The notes beneath the pieces were generated by a model. The model searched no databases. It was not told where the DNA came from and saw only the letters and a program-made list of their open reading frames with translations. The translations under genes were made by a program, and so were the position numbers. Positions 1-11,316 of a stretch of 64,000 nt of DNA are shown in pieces. Every line of letters begins with the position of its first letter. Within the stretch, counting starts at the first letter, position 1. Source of the stretch: Phoronis australis (taxonomy: Eukaryota > Animalia > Phoronida); contig NMRA01000512.1 of assembly GCA_002633005.1 (NCBI GenBank), forward strand, positions 248,884 through 312,883, in the 5' to 3' direction.

Positions 1-47
1 GACACTACCATTTTGAGTTTGATATCTTTCGTTTAATGTAATTACAG

Positions 48-982
48 CTACCATTAACAAAGGCTCTACCAGCAATGGGAGAGCAGTCACCAAATGTTGG
101 CGCTGTGACTTCACCACCACAGACTACTCACAATATAGACGGCATGCCACGACAGCTCACGTTGTCAACAGATACATCAAGTGCCAACAGTGCGGCCTAC
201 GGTTCAGGTCTGTCAGCAGCTTCAAGTATCATATAACTGTGTGTAATGATGAAGAGGGTTTGTCGTCATCCACCAAGTCTGAAAACCATACAGATGCGTA
301 TGGTTTGTTGGAATCAAAATCACAAAGGATTGACCGCCTAGGAAGCATTGACTATTTCAGTGTAGTTTTACAAGAAATTGAAAACTTAAATGATTTTACA
401 TGTGACGTACGTGGCAATAACTTGAGTACAACATGCAATAAACTAGTAAGAAAGTCCAGCAAATGTGACACAAGGCTTTGGGTTGGGAAGAAAACAAGGG
501 TATTCAGGGGAGAGCGAGGTGAAGCTTGTAAAAATTCAAATCTCCCACGTAGGAAGCCTATTAAGTGTCAACAGTGTGGTGCTGGGTTTGCAACGTCTAG
601 TGACTTACAAACACACATGCGTACTCACACAGGTGAGAAGCCCTACAAGTGTCAACAGTGTGGTGCTGGGTTTGCAAGGTCTAGTAACTTACAAACACAC
701 ATGCGTACTCACACAGGTGAGAAGCCCTACAAGTGTCAACAGTGTGAGGCTGGGTTTGCAACGTCTAGTAACTTACAAACTCACATGCGTATTCACACAG
801 GTGAGAAGCCCTACAAGTGTCAACAGTGTGATGCTGGGTTTGCAACGTCTAGTAACTTACAAACACACATGCGTACTCACACAGGTGAGAAGCCCTACAA
901 GTGTCAACAGTGTTATGTTACATACACCAGTAACCGAAGCCTTAAGTCACACATGTTGAAAACACATGCTGATGAGGACTAG
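48..982 (+). CDS. Terminal coding exon of a C2H2 zinc-finger protein (7 fingers; 5' exons outside the window)
   Basis: Acceptor ttacag|48. The frame is open upstream of the listed ORF and adds CWRCDFTTTDYSQYRRHATTAH and a C2HC finger CQQCGLRFRSVSSFKYHITVC. Five tandem fingers with TGEKPY linkers follow; stop TAG at 980-982; AATAAA near 1343 and 1438. Confidence 0.92.
563..966 (+). repeat. 84-bp coding minisatellite (zinc-finger array)
   Basis: Four near-identical 84-nt units (aagtgtcaacagtgt...ggtgagaagccctac) plus a diverged fifth. Confidence 0.9.
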
Positions 983-3390
983 ACATGTCTATATGTATGT
1001 AATGATAGAAACCTAAGTGGTACTTAACTTACTTGATACTTTAGAAAGACTGAAAATAATTTGATGTCTTGTTGCTGAAGACCGATTCAGCTTTAATTAA
1101 GATTTCCACAATGTGACGTAATTCTACATATTTACCCGAACGTATACAAGATTGTTTTTACTGAGTGCATGGGAATTAGGATACCTGTGCGTAGTATATG
1201 CTGTTTTGTGAGCAACAAGTCCTGTGTATTCTGTGACTACACTATCTCACTGTCACAGTATAGGTTTAGGTTACACAGGAGAGGGAACCGTCTACAAATA
1301 TTCCGGCACCTATTGCTGTCATCAATCAAACTTTGCCCGATAAATAAAATTGATTGACAATTTATTTTGGTCTGAAATTGTTTTTCTCTTCAAGACTAAC
1401 AAAACAAAACATTGCTTGGTAGGTAAATAGCCTCGTAAATAAACATTTGCAATATCTTTTGTTGTGAATAATCAAATTCTAAATTTTCTTGAGAAGGAAC
1501 TTCTCTGAATATCCCTGTAGGTTCCCTACCCTCATCTTGCTACACAAATTCCTCTAACACTGAAATCTCATTCACTTGATAGTCTGCCATTTTCTGGTTG
1601 TAACTCGGCTGTTTTTATTTTGTTGTCTGATTTTTATGCGTGATTTCACTAGGCATAGATACCAGGGTGGAGTTTCGTAGGCCAAGGGTCTTCAGGCCAG
1701 TGAAAGGCGAGTGGTTTGCAAGCATGCTTCTGAGAACTGTTGAGATTGAGGCACTGAAGGGATGGTTGAATGTTGAATTATGTGATTGAATTCATAAGTT
1801 ATGGAACAGATTATTTCTTCGTTTCTATTATTTTATAAGTACAAGATGTGGCATGTTGTACTAGTCGTCCATTTGTTGGTCATTGTTAATAGATTCTTTG
1901 AAGCTCGTTTAGCGAGGATGCTCGAGAGAGGTTTGTTAGAATTTTATTATATATTTTAAAAGTTTGTGTCTTCTAGTTTGTGACAAATTCCCAATATTTA
2001 TTGTTGATATGATGCTGTTTTGATTGTTATATCGTTGGTGTTGAACATTATCCTTATTTCCCTATGCGCAGAACGAGTCGCTTAAAGACCTTTAGATAAC
2101 TTTTCATCATTCCATGCTCTTTCTGTAAAAAAATGAATCTAAGCTTCGCCAATGCTAGCTTTAAAATGTGTTTTCACGCAACAAAAATCCTACTATTCTC
2201 ATCTTAGCTTTTTGTTCGCTCATGATTGGTGTCATACCAGTTCATTTTCACTGAAACGCTAGCGTTCTTGACTTCTCCTTCGGTGTAACTTCAAGGGTCA
2301 CTTTTATTTGTACTTTTCATCGGACAAATGATCGTGTTGTCTGAGGCTCGAAGAAACACCCCGGTGAAGAAAAATCGACGCCACCGATTTTGCTCATGAG
2401 GAAATGTGTTATAATGTTGTTTTTGTTGTTTAATACATCTTTATTAATTGTTATTCAAATGATGTGTTGTTTTAGATTGTGTTCTGTGCCATATCAGTCA
2501 AATTGTGGGAAACATTCAGGCGGCATTTGAATATCGATGCATTAATATACTGAAAACTTTAGTTACCTCAGCTGTAACCAAACAAAAACTCGCGACGCTC
2601 AGGGTTTTTGGTATGGCGTGGAGTATCATCGCAACGTACGATATATGATGAGCCAATTTCACATTTCGATGGTTTGGCGTGGCGATGAGAAAAGCCCTCA
2701 AAAAATAGAAATTCCCGCTTACAACGTAACAATTGGCATTTATAATTATATTAAACAAACCTTTTGTGGGATGTCCATCAAATCGATTAAAACAATAGTT
2801 TCTGTCTGACTGAAGTAGCATAGGCTATATTTTGACAGTTTTGGGAAAGTGTGACAAACGAATGTTAGATGCGTTAAAGAAAGGCTAAGCGACTACTAAT
2901 CCTGCGCTTGAGTGAAAAGTGAAATTTCAAGGTAGCAATTTTTATCACAGAATCTATAATTACGTTTACGTAAGTTAATGAATACACCAAAGCATTTCAA
3001 TTACCAAAACATGTACACGCACTACAATATCATACAGTATGTATTCAAGCCAATGTGTTGAAATAGCACTGACGTCCGTTTCAACTTTACAACGATAACC
3101 AACTCCCAATGTTCCCAATGTTTAAAAAGCGACAATCAAACCCAGGTTCGGTTGAATTACTTACCGCTATCAATTTAATCTCAACTTGTTTCTCACAAAA
3201 AACGAAGCGATTTTGGTCTTGCAAAGAGTTGACATTTCGCTGTTTCTCAAGACTTTGGCGAATAAACTGACACGAAAGCAGACTTGAGGGATCTGAGACC
3301 AAGTTCATAATGGTAATGTACGTCCAAATTTAAGTTTGTGGGTGATCCGTATGAAGGTTTCAGATGCTGTGCTTTATGCACTGTTCGTTA

Positions 3391-3516
3391 GAAATTAGAA
3401 ATCGTTTAAAAAATGCTCCACGCTTGTACGAAGGGATATTAAAAAAAGGACTTTGAATTTCGTAAAGTCCTATTTTTAATATCCCTTGGAGCATTGTTTA
3501 AACGATTTTTAATTTC
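3391..3516. repeat. Long imperfect palindrome (MITE-like)
   Basis: Outer arms gaaattagaaatcgtttaaaaaatgctcca / tggagcattgtttaaacgatttttaatttc; inner arms aagggatattaaaaaaaggacttt / aaagtcctatttttaatatccctt. Confidence 0.7.
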
Positions 3517-4516
3517 AGACTCCATCCTGAACATTTACATTAAAATTTTTCGGTAAAATTTTGATACCGTTATTGATGCTATTGATGCATCTTTCTTTTT
3601 GATGAATTTTTCTGAAAACGCGTTCACGTGACCAGATTAATGTCAGATTGGTGAAATTCAAAAATCGAATTGCACACTTTCTTCTTTCAAAAGTAACCTA
3701 CCTTTACCGAGTTATCTTCCATAATTTTGTCGATGTGTTGGTAAATACACAGATGTCGACGAGGTTGTGCGTAGACCCTAGACCTAATCATTTTTGTGAC
3801 TCAGATGGTGGCTTCACAGTCGCTCCAACTTTACAAATTCATAGATTTCTAGGGCCAGGGTTTAATCTCCGAACTGAGCCTTGAAGGGGACTCGAAACTA
3901 TTACCAGTCATGTCGCATTATTCGAGTACAAATTTGTAGATCCCCACGAAGCAAGCCATGCAATTGACCAGTTTTTGAGCTGAGTGCAAAGATTAGCCAG
4001 GGTCCAGGTATTGAGGTGTTGCGTTCATTGTATAATAATTCCTTAAGTCATATTTAACTTTTAAAGTGTTTTAATTTTGCAAATAGAACAGAATCGTCTA
4101 GTATTAGTTGTTTCAGCAACTTTTGTATGGTATCAAGTACCTCACTTGAACGATGATTCGTTGACGTTGAAAATTTAAATTCCATGGTTTTAATCAAATG
4201 TTAATAGAATTGCTACGTTCTTTTATTTGCAAACTTTACCCTGAATCTTTGTTTTCATTATCTTAGATTGATCTTGAATTGTTTGGAATTGGATTTTCAC
4301 AGTTTTGATTTTTCCAACATAGAGGTCACTGACAAAGTCTTACAACTACGCCTTTCCTGTTAACACGGTTAAATTCGTGGTATCAGAACGTTACATGTGC
4401 TAGAGAAACATAATCCAAGAAAATTCACGCTGGGCATGCGCAAGGAACTAAACCGAAGAAATAACGTCATACGTATAAATGCGTTGATTTTCTGTCATTA
4501 AAGTTTTACACAATAG

Positions 4517-4531
4517 ATACCGCTACGAACG
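4517..4531 (+). other. Candidate 15-nt microexon (copy 1)
   Basis: tttacacaatag|ATACCGCTACGAACG|gtaagt; near-identical at 62702-62716 inside otherwise diverged paralogous sequence. Confidence 0.5.
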
Positions 4532-7500
4532 GTAAGTATTGAAGCCAAAGTAATATGCACACTGGGATCGCCGCTACGTAACATTAAACGCTTTTTTAAG
4601 AGTCACCGCACATACAGTATTTTGATGTTTTTACTTTTGTTTCTAGTGTCAGTGAATTTGGTAGTTCCATAAATTCATTCATACCTGCGGCACCGGGCGC
4701 ACGTGTAACCTGTTGATAGCTACATTCTTGCTTCAATGGTCAAGTAGTTTAATCAATTCTTTTTGCAAGCTGTTGCGAGTTGAATTAAATTTCCTTAATT
4801 TAGGCAGACAGAGAAAGGTCCGCGCAATTTAACCCCATTTACGGAAAACGCTAGATTAGAATGGGTTTTGCACAAAGTTGCTGTGGTCAATAAGTGTCAA
4901 GTCATTCCAAGATTGGATTGTCAATTAAAAAACCTACACAGTTATTATTCCCTACTATGCAATGTAATGGGCCTACTATGTTCACGGGCTTTTGAGAAAG
5001 CAGGATCAAGGTAATCAATTTGGTCAGGTTCAAACAAAATCAACATCTAGATGGATATGAAGAGCTTGATAGGCCCCCACGAAAGCTTACTGCTTTTCGA
5101 AATAGCCACGCCATGTTAAAATTCACTAGCATCACGTCTTTGGTGGATAGGCTTACAGCGCCATCTACATATACGATTTAATGCTGACGGGAGGTTTCAA
5201 CCTTTTGTTATAAACAGCGTTTTAACAAGTTGCTGCTGTCGGATTGCCGGCAAGTTTTCATTGATGTGCGGTGAAATATACTAGTGGATTATAGAAAGGC
5301 AAACCTCAAGAAATGGATGAAGGACAATGTGTTCCATGCAATGTCCAATGGAGAGAAGTATTCGGGGCTGCTACTACTATAGTAGCGAGTTTTATTGCTC
5401 TTGAGCAACAGTATCAAAATGCGCCCCCCGGTGTGTCTTTGCCGACGAAAAAAAAAACGTTTTTGACAAAAAGTATTTATATATGTGAACATTGTTTTCA
5501 TGAAAACATTTTTATGTTTTTACACATAGTGATAAACTGTTGCGAGCCTTTCCCTGGGTAAATTTGTTAAAACTCACCCTTTCCCAAGTTGCCACGGAAA
5601 CATGCACGCGCAATAACTGAAACACCGTTCTGAAACAAACCCTTTTCATGTTTTATGGTGGCCTTCGGAAACTCTTCAGGTGTAAAACACATTCCGTAGT
5701 TAATAATATCTTCATGATGTGAGTAATGTCATTGAAGTCTCCTTCAAATGCTGCATCAAAATCGGCACAACATTGAAGCATGTCGTCTTGGGCATGCTGC
5801 CTACATTACTGGAAGCCGAACTGAGCGTTCAGGGTTTGAATACGGTTTCGGCATTCAGTTCATGACCTTCAGTTACTTGCGGAAAATTGGAAGAGAAAAA
5901 GTGGCCTCCGGAGGCACTGACGGATCTACTGTCGCAAACGCCGCCGGGGCTACAGCCACAATTTTCGAAGGAATTGTGTTTGATCGTGTCCACAAGCAGT
6001 GTGCTGAGCCCCTTGCCTCCTCACCCTCTGGCGTATCCTAAAATATTCCACGGTAGGGTCGATCGCAAATTGTTGACTCCCATTTGGGGACGAGGGGGCG
6101 CTGAAATGAATGATAACGTGGGGCCCTTTTCCAGTGAAAAGGGAGCAAAACACAAGAATGAACTGTTTTCACGGAGGGTGGATTTTTGAGGCAGAGTCAG
6201 CTTGCTAGAGTGCCCTCCTGGCTACGGCAGTGCCCTTACCTTAAACGCGCCTGAGCAGAAGTGGGTGCTCGTTAACATTTTTCAGCCGTCAAGTAAAGAA
6301 AACCTTTAGTCATGTCCTCTTTTTATTTGTTGTGGTCTGATTGTGCCCCTGTTTTGTTGGCGCCCAGGGACTCCCCCACTCCCCCTCGCTACGCCACTGG
6401 CTGCGACTGATCCCAGCCAACGTCAAAAAGGCTAAACTATATTATTGAACTTAACCCAATCAAACGACGGGAGATGTTGTCCATGGAATTTATTCTTCTA
6501 GTTTTAAATCGATGAACCACTATGTAGTAGCATGGTAGTGCCTTTCTTAATTACATACCGCTACTCCGAAGGCCTACTACGCACCAATGTAAATAAGTTA
6601 GAGGTTGGTTGACAAAGGACCAATAGATTTTAGAAACTACATAATCACATCACCACCTCAAAGCAACTTTAGGAAATCTTAGGTCTTCATGTATAACCAA
6701 ATATCTAAAAAAAAAAAACAGATTTTAAATCAGTGAAAGTAGAACGCCTTTAGAATTTGATTTTTGGGCTGTTGCCAATGTGTCACGTGATGCAATTAAA
6801 ATAGCATCACGTGACCGTGTGTTTTTAGTAAAATTTAGCAAAAAAGAAAGGTACATGAACAGTAAAACAACGGTATCAATAACATGATGAATTTTGTTTG
6901 ATATAAATCTGCAAGGTAAGATCTCAAAAATGCTGTCACAACTTCTTTTGAAAAACATAATTTCGGTTTTGTTTTATGCAACTTTAAAGTTTGTTCATAA
7001 AAACCGTAAAAGTCCTATTTCTATAGAGCCTCGTGCAAAAGAGGAACATTTCAAAAACAATACCTGACAGTCGTTTGGAGAACACTGCATAACGAAAGTA
7101 TAGTATCTGAAAAATTCGTATGAATCTAACAAGCCGTTTGTGAGATATTATGTTCTGAAGATAACCCAATTTGGACATTTTTCTATGTCCCTGCAGAGGT
7201 ATTTATCATAATCTATTTTGCCCGATCACGCTTACGACGACTAAGAGCTAGGTTGCAGAGTAAAACTAGAGTAATATAAGATGAGAGTTGTCGAATAGTG
7301 ACATCAAGTATGACGTAAGTATGACGTAAGTAGAAAAGGTAACATGAAGTGTCCCCAATTATTCAAGAAAAACAAAGAGAATTAAGAAAATCTTAGAGGG
7401 CTTAGCAGAAAATGTAAACTAAGAAAAAACTCATACCCGGGATGGAGCGTGGGAAAAATACTGAGACAATGCGTAGCTGGCCTTGTGGTCGACGACGCAA

Positions 7501-8280
7501 GTGGCTGAATGAAGTAGACCGCAATGTACTGAAGAAAGGAAATGTGACTGACCAATGAGATGTCGAGTAGAGAAGTGCATGAATACAAAAGTAGGACCGA
7601 GAGCATGCCCGCACACAGCCTAAAATATACTGGTGGGGGGCTCGAATGTTCCAGTATGTGGACCTTTTACTGAAAAATGGGGACTAAAAACGCTCAGACC
7701 TATGAATTGTGCATTCCCGCCGAATTCCTGTGCACTTTTGTCTCATTTTCTCAGACTTATGTTTCTCTGAGGCGGATCTTTTTGGCCACTTCACCAAATT
7801 GGAGGTTTGTTCGAGCCCCCCGAGCCCCCCCTCCTCGCGCATGGAGAGGATATAAATAGAAGCGAGTATTGCTAAATGAGCTCTAAGGGTGGATATAAAA
7901 TTAAAAATGACAAAGATGAAAATAATGACGATTATTACATTTTACAACTTAAATTTAATAAAATCTCCAGGGGCTTCGATATTGCCCGATTCCGCTGTTA
8001 CTTTGCGGCACTCACATTCAAAAGGATTCCGCCACCTCACGCACAAGTTCAAGTTACGGCGCATAAAAACTGTAATAGCAGTGTTTTTCCATTGGCCATG
8101 GCCCTAATGACTGGTAAAACAACTGCGGATAACAAGGGGCAAGTGTTCGACCGAGGCAAATTATTCGTGCTGTCGAACTGAGACTTATCTATAAGTTCTT
8201 GGCCACAGTAAGATTAAAAACCGGACCCTGCAGCTATGGTGATGACCAACTACTGACTACTCTGCCTGGGTGTCAGGCTA

Positions 8281-8397
8281 TAGACCCTATTCACGCCGAC
8301 AGGAGGCGCATTACAAAACGAGGCTCGCTACGATAGCTCTGTTTATCGCAGTGAGCCTTGCTTTGGATTTTAATGTCCGCCGCGTGAATAGAGTCTG
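8281..8397. mobile_element. Short MITE (second copy 12007-12123)
   Basis: Terminal inverted repeats tagaccctattcacg / cgtgaatagagtct(a). Confidence 0.55.
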
Positions 8398-11259
8398 TGG
8401 CGGGACTTCGTCTCAATATCTTTGGAACACACGTCTAGCTCGGTTTTCAGAACTCAAACAAAGTTCGTTTCGAATTGGCAATGCCACAGTGACACTTGCT
8501 GCCAAACGTTGACACTAAAAATCATTCGTTCATCAATAAGCAGATGTTGCCAGCTAAGCCTAGTCTTGTATAACCGTGATTTTTCCTATAATACCAAAAA
8601 TGCGCTTTCGCACGCCAAGAATCTCATCAATAATGACCAAGCCATCACAGTCCATCACTGGTCAAACTGATAAAACCTTTCTAGGAGGGCAGATGCCGTG
8701 TTTATGTAGACATTCCTTTTTATCTAGACGCTCTTTTTTGTTAACCCGAGACGCTGGTTTTGTTTGAGCGGGTGTTCACAATGTACCAATTCATCTGAAT
8801 AATTTAATTGTCAATAATTATTATTTCATTAAAAATGCATGTCTTTATTCTAAAAACCAAGAGTGTCACAAAATTAATAGCCACAAGTGTAACAGCGTTC
8901 CATGCACTTACGCCATCTACATGCCTATTGCAACAGACAGTGTTCATGGTCAGCAAGCCTACCAGCCTGCTTGATGAATTTTGCGAGTGTTTTAATGTTT
9001 TTCTTAGCTGTAATATTTTTCACTGAAACTGCTTTACTTCCCAAGCATTCTATTCTAATGCATTGGTACGTGAAACACCGACCGACATGGTGTTCTGGTA
9101 GCATCTTGCATTCGATCAGCACGTAGGGCAGCAGGATTCTATTGTCCGACCTGTTGTTATCTTATGTTTCCTCAGGTTACAGTGACCTGTTATCACCTGC
9201 ATTTCCAATTGCAATTATGTCCTGGTCAGACTCAAAAGCGTGGTAGTAAGACTGGGAGTTACCCAGCTCACCACCTGTTGAGTTCTTCTACAGTCACTTC
9301 TGTTGGTCCAAGATGTTTTCCATCGTTTTGATGACCAATCCCTTATTCCTAAAACGCAGGAATTATAAGGGACAGGCAATATTAGCTCAAGTCCTTGAAA
9401 TTCAAGGTCTAGACCATGTTTGGCTTCCTAGTTACCTAGAAAACGTTCAAATTTGGCGAACTTTGGAACAAAACTGATATTCTAAGCGCAATTACCAGGC
9501 TGTTCGCCCATATTACGAGCAATTTCATCATTAAAAATGGTCAAAAAACGAATTAGTTTCCCTCTCTAAGGCAAATCCTTTTTTTGAGGTGGTACCGCCA
9601 TCAGCAGACTGCGGTAAGTCTCGAGTTGTATGTTTTGGCAAGTATTTGATGGTTTGAAAGTTACTATCTTCTTGAATTTTACGCTACACAAAAGTACTGG
9701 CCGAAACGGCGAAGGTACTATAATATTTAATGAACGGACCTTCTGCTTTAGAAAGGATTTGGCACATGTGGTTTGTTAAAATACGCGTTTCCCTTAACAC
9801 TTGCAGATTACAAAGTGCCCATAAGTAATCATAATCTAAAGGTACACTCCAATAACCTCTAATAACTTCCAATTTCTCGCAGTACAAGTTTGCACAATTG
9901 AACTATTTCACAATAAGGCGCTTTACTATACGCTTAACGTAAACCGATTCAACTAATAAAATTGCACTATTTTCTGAGCACTCTCCCAGATGAAAATCTA
10001 CATTATAACACGGGAGCTTAATGTAGGTCAATTACTTTATGACTGACAGATGTGATTATTATGTTAAAGGCGCTGGCAACCAGCCTTTTATCAAAAACTC
10101 ACTTTCAGATTTTAAAGTCACACTTGTAGTTAGAAGGCCTGAACCAGTCTTACAAGGGTTATGTATCTACCGAACATAAGGTCGCTATTTCAAATTTCAG
10201 ATGTTTTTAAAGCAGTAAAGCTGTTATTTTTCTACTGCAATGCCATAATTGGATGATCAGATCTTTTTTGTTAAGATTTACCTACAATGCTATTGATAAC
10301 ACGTGATATAAATAACAAAGATGGAACATCAAAAACACGGTTGCAGTTTTGCTCATTATCCTTTCGTTTTCGTTTTATGGAACTTTTGAATTTCGATTTT
10401 TGACATCCTCTTGTGCCCCAAAGTTCACAAATAAATTAGAAAGCAATCCAAGGAGAAGGTGACATATACCCTTAAATCCGACATTTCAAGAACTACATGT
10501 AAATGTTGGCTCTAATATCCTAATGATACCTGATGGTGTGACCCTCTATTTGTTTTGTTTGGCATGGAATTAAAAAGCCTCAACTATCTTCGACTTTTTG
10601 CTGAACATGCGTTATCGAATGAGTCAAATTTGCTCTCTTTTATTTTATTGATCGTGCGCTGTACATGTAAATTGAGAATGGCCATCGACAAAATGTCACG
10701 TGACTCCACTATGCCTGTCCGTGGTGTCAACTTCGGAATGGGGAAAACAAGGAAGGTTTTGGCTCTTTAACAGTATTTTTGTAGCGCAGAACGACAATCT
10801 GTAAATGACTGAGATGTCTATTTTAAAAACGCAACTGTTTTTAAAGAATGCAATGCAGAAGACACTAACATAGTCAAATGTTCCCTAGGAGGACCGCAAC
10901 TGCTAGTGCGACTAAAAACTGATTCACTTTCTGCATTTCAAAGTACCTCGCCGTTTTCAAAATAAACCTTGAAAAGAAACAAGGATGAGTACTAATCCGA
11001 GCAGTGGTCGGTTAATAAAATATTTCCAAATGTTACTGCAAGGCGCCTATAGTCGTTGATGTCGATGGCGTCTAAACTGTACCTAGCTGCCTTCGACGTT
11101 GTCGTCGCTTTTTAGTCAACATCAACGTTTTAGTCTACTGTTTTGTTACTGACTTAGGATTAAAAACCCACACACCAACATTAACGCAGAAATATATATA
11201 AATACCATTTGCAAAACAATCCTCTGCACAAGTAGGAGACACTAAGCTTCTCAGCGGAA

Positions 11260-11316
11260 ATGGCTTTCGCGGTTCCTTGGACATTGTCGTCTATCTGTGT
11301 AATCATACTAACTGGG
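11260..11316 (+). other. Duplicate copy of astacin gene A exon 1 with its TATA box
   Basis: ATG...GGG|gtgagt encoding [19 protein letters not shown], identical to 14973-15029; lies in the duplicated block. Confidence 0.75.

Noticed and set aside
465-959. 164-aa overlapping ORF inside the zinc-finger exon
   Set aside because: It is the alternative frame of a stop-free 84-bp repeat, with no independent evidence of coding.
10066-10770. TTAA-flanked Kolobok-like element upstream of gene A
   Set aside because: The terminal inverted repeats match too weakly to call with confidence.
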